Source of the DNA: Oscillospiraceae bacterium | GTDB taxonomy: Bacteria; Bacillota; Clostridia; Oscillospirales; Oscillospiraceae | DNA: 64,000 nucleotides | Reading direction: 5' to 3' | Assembly: GCA_017416445.1 (NCBI GenBank) | Contig: JAFQCJ010000019.1 | Span: 13,442 to 77,441 of the forward strand | Shown here: positions 49,244 through 60,386 of the stretch, piece by piece | Position numbering within the stretch: position 1 is the stretch's first letter | Layout: each line of letters opens with the position of its first letter | Notes under the pieces: generated by a model | The model's database searches: none | Seen by the model: only the letters and a program-made list of their open reading frames with translations | Told to the model about the DNA's origin: nothing | Made by a program: the position numbers and the translations under genes

Positions 49244-50011
49244 ATGAACAGCGGCAAGTTCGTCACCAACGGTCTTGTGCTGCGGCAGACCGCCACAAAA
49301 GAGAGCGATTACATCCTGACAGTATTGACCGCCGAGGGGATCATGAGCGTCATTGCCAAGGGGGCACGCAGCCGCCGCAGCCGCTACAGTGCCGCCTGCC
49401 AGTTCCTCGCCTACAGTGAGATGACCGTCACCGGCAAAGGGGATTGGTACTACCTCAACGAGGCCGCCACAAGGGAACTCTTCGATGGTGTACGCTGCGA
49501 CTTTGAAAAGTTGGCGCTGGCCTCCTATTTTGCCGAGCTTACCGAGGTGGTGTGCCGCGAGCAGTGGGAGGCATCGGAGATGCTCTCCCTCCTTCTCAAC
49601 GCCCTCTTTGCCCTCGGTTCCCTACAAAAGCCGCAGAGGCTTATCAAGGCTGCCTTCACATGGAGACTCCTTGCCAACGCGGGGTTCGCCCCACTGGTGG
49701 AGGGCTGCGCTCTCTGTGGTTGCCAACAGCCCGAAAGCCCTCTGCTGGATGTGCAGGAGGGGATCATCCGCTGCAGTACCTGTCCTCCCACATCGGGGCT
49801 GAACCTGCCTCTGAGTGAGAGTGGCTTTGCCGCATTGCGCCATATCCTCCTCTGCCCACCCAAGCGACTCTATAGCTTTACCATTCCTGTACCTGCGCTG
49901 CGTCTGCTGGACAACGCCGCCGAAGTATTCTGTGCAGCACAGCTGGAGCGCACTTTCCGTACACTGGACTACTACAAGGGCATTTTGCCCCCTGAGGAAA
50001 TCATATCATGA
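49244..50011 (+). CDS. recO: DNA repair protein RecO
   Basis: GLVLR...ESD.IL, AKGAR, CALCG/CSTC zinc finger; follows era. Confidence 0.92.
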   Translation: MNSGKFVTNGLVLRQTATKESDYILTVLTAEGIMSVIAKGARSRRSRYSAACQFLAYSEMTVTGKGDWYYLNEAATRELFDGVRCDFEKLALASYFAELTEVVCREQWEASEMLSLLLNALFALGSLQKPQRLIKAAFTWRLLANAGFAPLVEGCALCGCQQPESPLLDVQEGIIRCSTCPPTSGLNLPLSESGFAALRHILLCPPKRLYSFTIPVPALRLLDNAAEVFCAAQLERTFRTLDYYKGILPPEEIIS

Positions 50012-52407
50012 GCGAATTGTTTGAAAAATCTATCCGCACCTTAGAGCTGCCCACAGTACTGGAGCAGCTTGCCGCCTGCGCCGTCTCCGCGGCAGCACGG
50101 GACAAGTGCCGCCGCGCCTTCCCCGCCACCGACCGTGACGATGTGGTCCGTTTGCTGAACGAGACCAACGCCGCCAAGGAGCGGATGCAGCTTCATGGGG
50201 CACCCAACTTTGCCGGTGTCAAGGATGTGTCCGCCGCTTTGCAGCGAGCGGATCAGGGCGGCATGCTGAACACCCGCGAGCTGCTGGATATTGCAGGTGT
50301 CCTGAGCGCCGCCCGCCGCGTCCGCGACTATGATGCCGAGCGAAAAGGGGAGGCTACCTGTATTGACCGTCTTTTCTCTGCCATCCACACCAACCGCTAT
50401 CTGGAGGATAAGATCCGCAGTGCCATCCTCGATGAGGAGAGCATCGCCGACAGCGCCAGTGCCGAGCTGGGAGACATCCGCCGCAAGATGCGCATCGCTG
50501 CCACCAAGGGTCGCGCCATCCTGCAAAAGATCATCTCCTCTCCCTCCTATGCCAAGGTGCTGCAGGAGGCCCTTATCACCCAGCGGGACGGGCGTTTCGT
50601 TGTGCCGGTAAAGGCCGAGCATAAGGGTGCGCTTCCGGGTCTCGTTCACGACATCTCCTCCTCCGGCGCCACTCTCTTCATCGAACCCATGGGGGTAGTG
50701 CAGGCCAACAATGAATTAAAAGAGCTGGAGGCCCGGGAGGAAAAGGAAATCGAGCGTATTTTGATGATGCTTTCGGCGGAGGCTGCCTCCTCCCGGGAGG
50801 CTATCGTCTACGACTATGATCTTCTCGTCCACTTGGATGTGATCTTCGCCCGTGCGCAGCTGAGCTATAAAATGGACGGCAGCTGTCCCGAGGTAGTTCG
50901 CCGTGGCGCTATCTCCCTGAAAAAGGCACGCCACCCGCTCCTTGACCGCGCCAAAGCCGTGCCCATCACAGTGGAGCTGGGCAGCGAGTACGACACGCTG
51001 GTCATCACCGGCCCCAACACCGGCGGCAAGACGGTAACACTGAAAACGCTGGGCCTTCTCTGCCTTATGGCGCAGTGCGGCCTCCATATCCCCGCTGACA
51101 GCGGTTCACAGGTGCGTGTCTTTGACCGCATCCTCGCCGATGTGGGAGATGAGCAGAGTATCGAGCAGAGTCTGTCCACTTTCTCGGCCCATATGTCCAA
51201 TATTGTGGAGATCATGGATAAAACCGATGATCACACCCTTATTCTTTTCGATGAGCTGGGTGCCGGTACAGACCCCATCGAGGGTGCAGCACTGGCCATT
51301 GCCATCATCCAGCACGCCCGCGAAAAAGGCGCTCTCATCGCCGCCACCACCCACTATGCCGAGCTGAAAACCTTTGCCATGACTACCGCAGGGGTGGAGA
51401 ATGCCTCTTGTGAGTTCGATGTACAGACTCTGCGGCCCACCTACCGCCTGTTGGTAGGTATTCCCGGTAAATCCAATGCCTTTGCCATCTCCCGCCGCCT
51501 CGGTTTGAGCGAGGAGGTCATCGAAACGGCACGGCAGCAGATGGACAGTGAGTCGGTCCGGTTTGAAGATGTGCTGACCCAGCTGGAGGAAAAGCGCCAG
51601 CGTCTGGAAAAAGCACAGAATGAGGCCAATCGCCTGTGGCAGCAGCGGGAAGAAGATGCCCGCAAAGCACGCACCTACCGCGAGCAGATGGAGCGTGCCA
51701 AGGAAAACGCCCGCTCCAAGGGTGAGGCCGAGGCACGGCGCATTGTGGCACAGGCACAGATGCAGACCGAGCGTATTTTCTCCGAACTGGACGAGCTGCG
51801 CAAGCAGCAGGCTAAGCAGGCCAACCACCAGGCACTCAACGAGGCCAAGTCCTCTATCCGCCGCAATCTCAATGAGGCACACGATGCTCTCTACGCACGG
51901 GAAAAGGAGGAGCCGACGGAAGCGCCCTCCCGTCCCATCGCCGCAGGGGATATGGTAGAACTCTCCGGTGTCCGCACTGCCGCCACCGTACTGAATGTAA
52001 ATTCCGACGGTTCCCTTCTCCTGCAGGCGGGTAAAATGAAGATGACCGTCAAACCGGGACAGGTCCGGCTGGTGGAGTCCGCTCAGGAGATCGAGCGGCG
52101 CAAGAAGCTCAACGCCGCCTCCCAGCGCAAACAGGCCACTATGCAGCTCAATCTGGCACCCCGTGCCAAGGCGGAGTTGGATATCCGGGGTCTCGAGACC
52201 CTGGAAAGCGAAAGTGTGGTGGAGAATTATATCGACGCCGCTGTCCGCGCCAAGCTGGGTACCGTCACCATCATTCACGGGAAAGGCACCGGCGCTCTGC
52301 GCAAGGCTGTCCATGAAATGCTGAAAAAGAACCGCGCCGTCAAGTCCTTCCGTCTCGGTCACTACGGAGAGGGAGAGGCCGGCGTGACGGTGGTAGAGCT
52401 GAAATAG
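50008..52407 (+). CDS. mutS2: MutS2 (endonuclease/ribosome-collision sensor)
   Basis: ARHPLL, TGPNTGGKTV, EQSLSTFS, DELGAGTDP, C-terminal Smr domain IIHGKGTG. Confidence 0.96.
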   Translation: MSELFEKSIRTLELPTVLEQLAACAVSAAARDKCRRAFPATDRDDVVRLLNETNAAKERMQLHGAPNFAGVKDVSAALQRADQGGMLNTRELLDIAGVLSAARRVRDYDAERKGEATCIDRLFSAIHTNRYLEDKIRSAILDEESIADSASAELGDIRRKMRIAATKGRAILQKIISSPSYAKVLQEALITQRDGRFVVPVKAEHKGALPGLVHDISSSGATLFIEPMGVVQANNELKELEAREEKEIERILMMLSAEAASSREAIVYDYDLLVHLDVIFARAQLSYKMDGSCPEVVRRGAISLKKARHPLLDRAKAVPITVELGSEYDTLVITGPNTGGKTVTLKTLGLLCLMAQCGLHIPADSGSQVRVFDRILADVGDEQSIEQSLSTFSAHMSNIVEIMDKTDDHTLILFDELGAGTDPIEGAALAIAIIQHAREKGALIAATTHYAELKTFAMTTAGVENASCEFDVQTLRPTYRLLVGIPGKSNAFAISRRLGLSEEVIETARQQMDSESVRFEDVLTQLEEKRQRLEKAQNEANRLWQQREEDARKARTYREQMERAKENARSKGEAEARRIVAQAQMQTERIFSELDELRKQQAKQANHQALNEAKSSIRRNLNEAHDALYAREKEEPTEAPSRPIAAGDMVELSGVRTAATVLNVNSDGSLLLQAGKMKMTVKPGQVRLVESAQEIERRKKLNAASQRKQATMQLNLAPRAKAELDIRGLETLESESVVENYIDAAVRAKLGTVTIIHGKGTGALRKAVHEMLKKNRAVKSFRLGHYGEGEAGVTVVELK

Positions 52408-52476
52408 TCCTCTTTTTTGTGAAATATGGCAAAACCTACACGCTTTTTGCCCCATTGGCTATGATATTTGTGTGAT

Positions 52477-52512
52477 TGCCCTATTGCAAGAGGGCACAGA
52501 GTTCGCTATAAT
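52477..52512 (+). promoter_or_regulatory. sigmaA promoter of ptsH with a 20-bp palindrome over the -35
   Basis: TTGCAA(52484)-17-TATAAT(52507); TGCCCTATTG|CAAGAGGGCA. Confidence 0.65.
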
Positions 52513-52572
52513 AGGGATAGTATCCTTACGGCAAGCTGTGCCGATAAATGTGATATATAAGGAGAGCAGAGC

Positions 52573-52833
52573 ATGTATACGAAGGAAATTACCGTCAATA
52601 ACGAAGTCGGTCTGCACGCCAGACCCGCCACCTATTTCATTCAGAAGGCCAACGAGTTCAAGTGCGGCATCTGGGTTGAGAAAGAGGAGCGTCGCGTCAA
52701 TGCCAAGAGCCTGCTGGGCGTCCTGAGCCTGGGTATCGTCAAGGGCACCACCATCACCCTCATCGCCGATGGCGCTGATGAAGAGGCTGCTGTGGAGGCA
52801 CTGGCCGATCTCGTCGAGAATCAGCTCAACTAA
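52573..52833 (+). CDS. ptsH: HPr phosphocarrier protein
   Basis: GLHARPA (His15) and NAKSLLGV (Ser46). Confidence 0.95.
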   Translation: MYTKEITVNNEVGLHARPATYFIQKANEFKCGIWVEKEERRVNAKSLLGVLSLGIVKGTTITLIADGADEEAAVEALADLVENQLN

Positions 52834-52848
52834 CCAACATAACAGAGG

Positions 52849-52931
52849 AAGCACCCCGTCTTTTTCAGGACGGGGTGCTTTATTGTTCGTAGAAAAACGC
52901 ACCAGACGGAACTTCGTCGGGTGCGTTTTTT
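52849..52931. terminator. Tandem terminators between convergent ptsH and mreB
   Basis: aagcaccccgtc...gacggggtgctt and aaaaacgcacc...ggtgcgttttt. Confidence 0.8.
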
Positions 52932-52940
52932 GTCTCATCT

Positions 52941-53972
52941 TCAGTTCATCTGCTTTCTGCGGCTCAGGTTCACTGTGCCGTCAGTCATGGAACCTACACT
53001 GTCGAGGCTCTTACCGGTGCCTTCGGCCACGCAGGAAACAGCGTCGGCTGCCACAATGGTGTGGATGCCGGTGCGGGCAGTAACCAGCTTGTCGAAGCCG
53101 TCCACCAGGGAGCCACCTCCGGTCATAACAATACCGTTGTTGGAGATATCGGCCACCAACTCGGGAGGCGTGCGCTCCAAAACGCCGTGAATGGCTTCCA
53201 GAATGCGCTCCACAGGCTCCTCAAAGGCCTCCAGCATCTCCGTAGAGGTAACGCTCAGGGTCTTGGGCAGGCCCGTAAGCAGACAGCGGCCCTTCACATT
53301 GATGCAGGTCTCCTGCTCCTTGGGGAAGACGCAGCCGATCTGGATCTTCATCATCTCAGCAGTACGCTCACCAATCAGCACATTGTGCTTGCGGCGCATA
53401 TACTTGACGATGGACTCGTTGAACTGGTCGCCGGCCACCTTAATAGAAGTGGACTCCACCACGCCGCTGAGGGAGATGACCGCGATATCAGTAGTACCGC
53501 CGCCGATATCCACCACCATGTTGCCATCGGGCTTGGCAATATCCAGGCCGGCACCGATAGCGGCGGCTACAGGCTCTTCAATGAGATAGACGCGGCGAGC
53601 ACCGGCCTGAATACCGGCATCCACCACAGCGCGCTCTTCCACCTCGGTGATACCGGAGGGAACGCAGATAATAACACGGGGCTTAAACAGGCTGAAGCCG
53701 CCGGTGACTTTATGGAGGAACTCCTTGAGCATACGCTCGGTCATGTCATAATCGGAGATGACGCCCTCACGGAGAGGACGGATGGCCACAATATTGCCGG
53801 GGGTTCTGCCCAGCATGGCCTGTGCCTCGGCACCCACCTTCAGCAGACGGCCCGTGTTTTTATCAATAGCCACCACGGAGGGCTCGTTGAGAACAACGCC
53901 CTTACCCTTTACATACACCAGAACGGAAGCGGTACCCAGATCGATACCGATATCTTTAGACCAAGAAAACAT
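52941..53972 (-). CDS. mreB: MreB/Mbl actin-like rod-shape protein
   Basis: GIDLGTA, EPSVVA, RPLREGVI, VDIGGGTT, MTGGGS. Not followed by mreCD, so possibly an Mbl paralog. Confidence 0.9.
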   Translation of the reverse strand: MFSWSKDIGIDLGTASVLVYVKGKGVVLNEPSVVAIDKNTGRLLKVGAEAQAMLGRTPGNIVAIRPLREGVISDYDMTERMLKEFLHKVTGGFSLFKPRVIICVPSGITEVEERAVVDAGIQAGARRVYLIEEPVAAAIGAGLDIAKPDGNMVVDIGGGTTDIAVISLSGVVESTSIKVAGDQFNESIVKYMRRKHNVLIGERTAEMMKIQIGCVFPKEQETCINVKGRCLLTGLPKTLSVTSTEMLEAFEEPVERILEAIHGVLERTPPELVADISNNGIVMTGGGSLVDGFDKLVTARTGIHTIVAADAVSCVAEGTGKSLDSVGSMTDGTVNLSRRKQMN

Positions 53973-54135
53973 AGCTGCACCTCTGTACTTCTGTCGAATT
54001 TGTCCTTATGGTACACGGCAAATGTGCCGTTTTTCCCTAATTAATCATTATACTGTTGCTCTTTGCTATTTGCAAGAGTCAGTTTCTATTGTTTACAGTT
54101 TGTCCATCACATATTCTGCCCGAAGCGGCAGCAGA

Positions 54136-54810
54136 TTATCGTCCATCCCGCACCATGCTCAAGGTCAGAGCCACCACATCCGCGGCACCTGCACTTTTCA
54201 GTACACGGGCACACTCGCTGAGCGTTGCGCCGGTGGTACACACATCGTCAATGAGCAGCAACCGCTTTCCGGCAAAAGCATCCGCATTCACCACACGGTA
54301 GACGCCCAGTACATTGGCGCGGCGTTCATCTCCGTCATCAATGCCGGATTGGGGTGGATTGTCCACTGTTTTCTCCAGCGTCTCCAAAGGCATGACATGC
54401 CAGTCTACGCAGAGGGAGGCCGCCAGCAGCCGTGACTGATCAAAGCCACGCTTTTTCAAGCGCTTATGACTGACAGGCACCCATGTAACGGCATCAAATT
54501 CCCCGCTGTACCGCTCAGCGGCACACTGCGCCATCAGCTGTCCGAAACAGTCCAGGCCGCCGGTCATGCTGCGGAATTTCAGGTCATGTACTGCCTTACG
54601 AACGCCATCTTCATAGTAGAGAGGGGCTGTCACACGGAGCGATCCCACTGTCCGCTCCTCATCGCACCAGGGCAAATCTCTGCGGCAGCTGTCGCACAGC
54701 AGCTGTTTTCCCGTAATGGCACCACAGAAGGGACACTTGCGGGGGAAGAAGAGATTCATCATGCCGCCTATGGTTTGGTTAATGGCATCGTTGACATCTT
54801 TCCAACTCAT
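54136..54810 (-). CDS. comF: ComF-family competence protein (zinc finger plus PRTase)
   Basis: CPFCG..LCDSC, RGFDQ, LLIDDVCTTGAT. Confidence 0.9.
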   Translation of the reverse strand: MSWKDVNDAINQTIGGMMNLFFPRKCPFCGAITGKQLLCDSCRRDLPWCDEERTVGSLRVTAPLYYEDGVRKAVHDLKFRSMTGGLDCFGQLMAQCAAERYSGEFDAVTWVPVSHKRLKKRGFDQSRLLAASLCVDWHVMPLETLEKTVDNPPQSGIDDGDERRANVLGVYRVVNADAFAGKRLLLIDDVCTTGATLSECARVLKSAGAADVVALTLSMVRDGR

Positions 54811-57014
54811 TCTTCACTTGCCTCCTTTAATCTGCGGCGCAAACCGCTGTAGCGGCGCTGACGGCGGTCGTCTGCCGCCATGGTGCCGGGTATTGTCTCA
54901 TCACCTACCAGTACCAGCAGCTCCCGGGCGCGAGTAATGGCGGTATACAGCACGCCGCGCACCATCAGGGCGGGCGCAACGGGGGTGGAGATAAGCACCA
55001 CCGCCCGGTATTCGCTGCCCTGCGCCTTATGTACCGTCATGGCGTAGGCCAGCTCCAGCTGGGAGAGCATGTCGTTGGTATAGAGGCAGGTACGCTCATC
55101 GAACCGCACTTTCACCAGTTCACCGGAGGGATCAATCTCCTGGATAATGCCTACATCACCGTTGAAAATGCCGGCTCCCATGATACCGTCGCTGCTCTCC
55201 CACACCACATCGTAGTTGTTCTTTGTCTGCATCACCCGGTCTCCTTCACGGAGCACCGTCTCACCCCAGAGTTTCTGCCGTTTTTGGGGAGAGGGCGGGT
55301 TGAGGGCAGCCTGCAGGGCGCGGTTTAAATTCACCGTGCCGCACACACCCTTACGGGTGGGGGACAGCACCTGGATCTCCGCAGCGGGGATGCCCATATT
55401 CTCCGGCAGACGCTGGTGACACAGTCCCACCACCGTTTCCACCAGCGCCTCCGGGGCACGGCGGCGGAGGAAGAAAAAGTCGTTTTGATTGTTCTGCAGT
55501 TCCGGCGCTTGGCCACAGTTGACGGCATGGGCATTGCGGATGATGGCGGAGTGTTGTGCCTGACGGAAAATCTCCGTCAGGGTCACAGCGGGGATCACAC
55601 CGCTTTTCAGCAGATCCCCCAGCACATTGCCCGCCCCTACCGAGGGCAGCTGGTCGCTGTCACCCACCAGAATAAGACGGCAGTCGCCCTTCAAGGCCCG
55701 CAGCAGAGCCGCCATCAGTTCCAGATCCACCATGCTCATCTCGTCCACGATAACCGCATCGCAGACCAGCGGGTCTTTTTCATTTCTGCGGAATGTGACC
55801 TCGCCGCTGAGTTCATTGTAGCTCATGCCGAGGCAGCGGTGGATGGTCTGTGCCTCTCTGCCGCAGAGTTGGCCCATCCGCTGGGCCGCACGGCCCGTGG
55901 GGGCCAGCAGCAACACGGACAGTCCCATCCGCTCAAAGAGGGTCACAATACCGCGGACAGAGGTGGTCTTGCCGGTACCGGGGCCGCCGGTCAGCACCAG
56001 CACCCCCTGCTCTGCCGCCAGCGCCACAGCGCGGCGCTGCAATGGGGCATAGGTGACCCCCTGTACGCACTGGATCTCATCGATGATCTTCTCGGCATCC
56101 ACCCAGTGCTCCCGCTCCTGCGTACAGGCGCTCCGGAGGCGGGCGGCAACATAGATTTCCGCCTCATACATATAACGAAGGTAACAACCTTCCACATTGG
56201 CAATAGGTCGGCAGACGACGCGGCCCTGTGCGCACAGATTGTCCACGGCTTTTTCCACCGTGTCCTCCCCTACCTCAATGAGTTGGGCAGTTGCCGCCAC
56301 CAGCTTGTTGCGGGGCAGGAACACATGACCGTTATTCAAATTGTGGCTCAGCTCATACAGTACTGCCGCTTCCACACGGCAGGCGTCCTCCCCCTCAAAG
56401 CCCATGGAGATGGCGATCTCATCGGCAGTGGAAAAATCCACACCGAAGCGCTCATGGACAAGGAGATAGGGATTGTCCTTCAGTTTGGTGACCGTCTCTT
56501 CACCATAGGTGCGCACCAGGGCCATGGCCATGGATACAGGCAGCTCATAGCGGCTCAAAAACTCTGTTACCCGCTTGATTCCCGTCAGGGAGCGGAAGGC
56601 TGCAGACAGTTCCGTTGCCTTTTTGGCGGTCATACCTTTGATAGCCGTCAATTTCTCCGGCTCCTCCTCGATGACACGGAGGGTATCGGTGCCGAACCGC
56701 TCCACCAACCGGGAGGCCGTGGCGGGGCCAACGCCTTTGAGAACGCCTGAGGCAAGGTAGGCCATGATTTCAGCTTCCCCCTCGGGCAGCCGGCGATCCA
56801 CCGTCTCGGCGGAGAGCTGCCATCCATAGGCGGAATGCTCCACCCATGTGCCGGTGACGGTCATACTCTCACCGACGGCAGCAAAGGGGATACAGCCCAC
56901 CACCGTCACTTCCTCGCCCTGTTCTGTCAGCAGTGCGAGTACTGTATAGCCGTTTTCCTCATTGCGGAATACCACATTCTGTACGACTCCCTCTACAGTG
57001 CTGTGTCCGGTCAT
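54807..57014 (-). CDS. recD2: ATP-dependent RecD2-like DNA helicase
   Basis: FRNEENGYTV, GGPGTGKTT, APTGRAA, VDEMSM, GDSDQLPSVG, AYAMTVHKAQGSEY, YTAITRA. Confidence 0.94.
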   Translation of the reverse strand: MTGHSTVEGVVQNVVFRNEENGYTVLALLTEQGEEVTVVGCIPFAAVGESMTVTGTWVEHSAYGWQLSAETVDRRLPEGEAEIMAYLASGVLKGVGPATASRLVERFGTDTLRVIEEEPEKLTAIKGMTAKKATELSAAFRSLTGIKRVTEFLSRYELPVSMAMALVRTYGEETVTKLKDNPYLLVHERFGVDFSTADEIAISMGFEGEDACRVEAAVLYELSHNLNNGHVFLPRNKLVAATAQLIEVGEDTVEKAVDNLCAQGRVVCRPIANVEGCYLRYMYEAEIYVAARLRSACTQEREHWVDAEKIIDEIQCVQGVTYAPLQRRAVALAAEQGVLVLTGGPGTGKTTSVRGIVTLFERMGLSVLLLAPTGRAAQRMGQLCGREAQTIHRCLGMSYNELSGEVTFRRNEKDPLVCDAVIVDEMSMVDLELMAALLRALKGDCRLILVGDSDQLPSVGAGNVLGDLLKSGVIPAVTLTEIFRQAQHSAIIRNAHAVNCGQAPELQNNQNDFFFLRRRAPEALVETVVGLCHQRLPENMGIPAAEIQVLSPTRKGVCGTVNLNRALQAALNPPSPQKRQKLWGETVLREGDRVMQTKNNYDVVWESSDGIMGAGIFNGDVGIIQEIDPSGELVKVRFDERTCLYTNDMLSQLELAYAMTVHKAQGSEYRAVVLISTPVAPALMVRGVLYTAITRARELLVLVGDETIPGTMAADDRRQRRYSGLRRRLKEASEE

Positions 57015-57036
57015 GGTCTTTCCCCTCCTTTCTTTG

Positions 57037-59859
57037 TTACAATACGCGTTTGAGATATTGGCCCGTATAAGAACCCTCTGCAGCAGCCACCTCTTCAGGC
57101 GTGCCTACCGCAATGATGCGACCACCGCCGCTGCCTCCCTCAGGACCCAGGTCGATGAGGTAGTCGGCACACTTGATCACATCCAGATTGTGTTCAATGA
57201 CCAGCACGGTGTTGCCCGCATCCACCAGCCGCTGCAGCACCAGCAGCAGCTTTTTCACATCGTCGGTATGAAGGCCCGTGGTGGGTTCATCGAGAATATA
57301 AATGGTCTTGCCCGTAGAGCGCTTGGACAGCTCCGTGGCCAGTTTGACCCGCTGTGCCTCACCGCCGGAGAGGGTGGTGGAGGACTGGCCCAGACGGACA
57401 TAGCCCAGACCCACATCTGCCAGCGTCTGAAGCCGTTTGGCAATCTTGGGGATGGCGGAGAAGAAGGGCAGTGCCTCGTCCACCGTCATATCCAGCACAT
57501 CGGAGATGGACTTGCCCTTATACTTCACCTCCAGCGTCTCACGGTTATACCGCTTGCCGCGGCATACCTCGCAGGGGACATACACATCGGCCAAAAAATG
57601 CATCTCGATCTTCAGCACACCGTCACCGCAGCAGGCCTCGCAGCGGCCACCCTTGGTATTGAATGAGAAACGGCCGGGTCCGTAGCCCCGCTGTTTTGCC
57701 TCCGGTAATGAGGTGAACAGATCGCGGATATCGTTGAACACACCGGTATAGGTGGCGGGATTGGAGCGGGGGGTACGGCCGATGGGACTCTGGTCGATGG
57801 CGATGACTTTGTCCAGATATTCTTCGCCCTCAATGGCATCGTGCTTGCCGGCGTAGGTCTTCATACGATTCAGATCCGCACCCAGCTTTTTAAAGAGGAT
57901 CTCATTCACCAGTGAGGATTTGCCGCTGCCGGACACACCGGTGACACAGGTCAGCGTCCCCAGCGGAATGGAGGCATCCACATTTTGTAGATTGTTCTCC
58001 CGCGCACCGCGGACCGTCAGCCACTTGCCGCTGCCCGGGCGGCGGATGGCAGGTACCTCGATCCTCTTTTTGCCGCTGAGATACTGGCCCGTCAGGCTCT
58101 CAGGATTCGCCATGACCTCCTCCGGCGTACCGGCAGCTACCACGCGCCCACCCAGCGCACCTGCGCCGGGGCCGATGTCGATGAGGTAGTCCGCCTGCCG
58201 CTGGGTGTCCTCGTCGTGCTCCACCACGATGAGGGTATTGCCCAAGTCGCGGAGACGGCGGAGGGTAGCGAGAAGCTTATCGTTGTCCCGCTGATGCAGG
58301 CCGATGGAGGGCTCGTCGAGAATATAGAGCACGCCCATCAGGCTGCTTCCGATCTGCGTGGCCAAACGGATACGCTGGCTTTCGCCGCCGGACAGGGTAC
58401 CGCTGGAACGGCTGAGTGTCAGGTAGCTGAGGCCCACCGACTGCAAAAACCGCAGCCGTGTACCGATCTCCTTGAGGATCTGGGCAGCGATCATTCTCTG
58501 CTGCTCCGTCAGCTCCAAATCGTCAAAAAAGGCGATCTCCTCGTCCACCGAGAGCGTCGTTGCCTCGAAGATGGATTTTCCTCCCACAGTGACAGCCAGT
58601 GCCTCGCTCCGCAGACGCCGACCCTGGCAGGTAGGGCAGGGGCACTCGGACATATAGGTCTCGATCTCCTTCTTGCTGGCATCGGACTGAGTCTCCCGGT
58701 AGCGACGCTCCAAATTGTTGGCAATGCCCTCAAAGGCCTGATGCAGGATCCCCTTTCCACGGGGCTGGTCGTACTCCAGCGTCAGTTTCTCCCCTTTCGT
58801 GCCATAGAGGATCACATCCTTCACCGCAGCGGGGAGCTGGGCATAGGGGGTGCGGAGAGAAAAGTTATATTTCTTGGCCAGGGCATCGAAATACATGCGA
58901 GAGATGCCGTCGGAGCGAATGGAATTCCACCCGGAGGCCACTACAGCGCCGTCAAGGATGGACTTTGTCTCGTCTCCAATTACCAGGGCAGGATCCACCT
59001 TCTGCTGCATACCCAGACCTGTACAGGTGGGGCAGGCGCCGAAGGGATTGTTGAAAGAAAACAGGCGGGGAGCCAGTTCTTCGATGGATACACCGCAATC
59101 GTCACAGGCGTAGTTCTGGGAGAAGTGGATATCCTCTTCCTCCCGCACCAGATTGATGCTGACAAGGCCGCCCGTGAGATGGGACGCCGTCTCCACGCTG
59201 TCGGTAAGGCGGCTTGCGATATCGGGGCGGACAATAAGGCGGTCCACCACAATATCAATGTGATGCTTGTTATTCTTGGCCAGCGTGATGTCCTCGTCCA
59301 GTTCATACATCTGACCGTCCACCCGGACGCGGACATAGCCGCTGCGGCGGGCATCGGCAAAGACCTTGGCGTGCTCGCCCTTACGGCCGCGCACCACCGG
59401 GGCCATCACCTGGATCCGCGTGCCCTCAGGGAGCGCCATAATGCGGTCGATGATCTGATCGATGGTCTGCTGACGGATCTCCTTGCCGCACTTGGGACAG
59501 TGGGGCGTACCTATTCGCGCCCACAAAAGGCGCATATAGTCGTAGATCTCCGTCACCGTACCCACGGTGGAACGGGGATTCCTGGATGTGGTTTTCTGAT
59601 CAATGGAGATGGCGGGGCTGAGGCCCTCAATGTAGTCCACATCGGGCTTGTCCATCTGCCCTAAAAACATGCGGGCATAGGAGCTGAGGGACTCCACATA
59701 GCGGCGCTGTCCCTCAGCGTAGATGGTGTCGAAGGCCAGCGACGATTTACCGCTGCCGCTGAGGCCCGTCAGCACCACCAGCTTATCGCGGGGGATCGCC
59801 ACATCGATATTCTGCAGGTTATTCTCCCGCGCACCTTTTACAAAAATTTCTTTATGCAT
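57037..59859 (-). CDS. uvrA: Excinuclease ABC subunit A
   Basis: Two ABC modules ([16 protein letters not shown]), [16 protein letters not shown], zinc fingers. Confidence 0.98.
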   Translation of the reverse strand: MHKEIFVKGARENNLQNIDVAIPRDKLVVLTGLSGSGKSSLAFDTIYAEGQRRYVESLSSYARMFLGQMDKPDVDYIEGLSPAISIDQKTTSRNPRSTVGTVTEIYDYMRLLWARIGTPHCPKCGKEIRQQTIDQIIDRIMALPEGTRIQVMAPVVRGRKGEHAKVFADARRSGYVRVRVDGQMYELDEDITLAKNNKHHIDIVVDRLIVRPDIASRLTDSVETASHLTGGLVSINLVREEEDIHFSQNYACDDCGVSIEELAPRLFSFNNPFGACPTCTGLGMQQKVDPALVIGDETKSILDGAVVASGWNSIRSDGISRMYFDALAKKYNFSLRTPYAQLPAAVKDVILYGTKGEKLTLEYDQPRGKGILHQAFEGIANNLERRYRETQSDASKKEIETYMSECPCPTCQGRRLRSEALAVTVGGKSIFEATTLSVDEEIAFFDDLELTEQQRMIAAQILKEIGTRLRFLQSVGLSYLTLSRSSGTLSGGESQRIRLATQIGSSLMGVLYILDEPSIGLHQRDNDKLLATLRRLRDLGNTLIVVEHDEDTQRQADYLIDIGPGAGALGGRVVAAGTPEEVMANPESLTGQYLSGKKRIEVPAIRRPGSGKWLTVRGARENNLQNVDASIPLGTLTCVTGVSGSGKSSLVNEILFKKLGADLNRMKTYAGKHDAIEGEEYLDKVIAIDQSPIGRTPRSNPATYTGVFNDIRDLFTSLPEAKQRGYGPGRFSFNTKGGRCEACCGDGVLKIEMHFLADVYVPCEVCRGKRYNRETLEVKYKGKSISDVLDMTVDEALPFFSAIPKIAKRLQTLADVGLGYVRLGQSSTTLSGGEAQRVKLATELSKRSTGKTIYILDEPTTGLHTDDVKKLLLVLQRLVDAGNTVLVIEHNLDVIKCADYLIDLGPEGGSGGGRIIAVGTPEEVAAAEGSYTGQYLKRVL

Positions 59860-59871
59860 GGGTTTCTTCCT

Positions 59872-60360
59872 TCATTCCACCGTTACATCTGCCGTTATTG
59901 CGTGTACCAGTTCCATCAGTTCCTCAGGTCGACACTCCACCTGAAAGCCGATCTTCCCCGCCGATACCATAATCGTATCCAGAATCTCTGCCGTCTCATG
60001 GAATACGGTAGGAAACAGTTTCTTCATCCCCACAGGGCTGCAGCCGCCGTGGACATATCCCGTCAGGGGCAATAATTCCTTCTGAGGCAACATGACAATA
60101 GACTTCTCCCCTACCGCTTTGGCCGCTTTCTTCAAATCGAGGCTCTCCGCCACAGGGATATCGAATACATAATATTGTCCCGATGCCCCCTTGGCCACCA
60201 GCGTCTTAAACACTGTCTCCGGATCCTGCCCCAAATAGGCTGCCACCGACACGCCGTCCATAGCTCCACCGTCAGTGGGATAGGTATGGGCGGTATAGGA
60301 AACCTTTTGTTGCTCCAATATGCGCATCACATTGGTTTTTTCCTCTTTCACTTTTGCCAT
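59872..60360 (-). CDS. ybaK: Cys-tRNA(Pro) deacylase YbaK/EbsC
   Basis: [33 protein letters not shown]. Confidence 0.92.
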   Translation of the reverse strand: MAKVKEEKTNVMRILEQQKVSYTAHTYPTDGGAMDGVSVAAYLGQDPETVFKTLVAKGASGQYYVFDIPVAESLDLKKAAKAVGEKSIVMLPQKELLPLTGYVHGGCSPVGMKKLFPTVFHETAEILDTIMVSAGKIGFQVECRPEELMELVHAITADVTVE

Positions 60361-60386
60361 GGAGACACCTCCTTATATCGTAGGCT

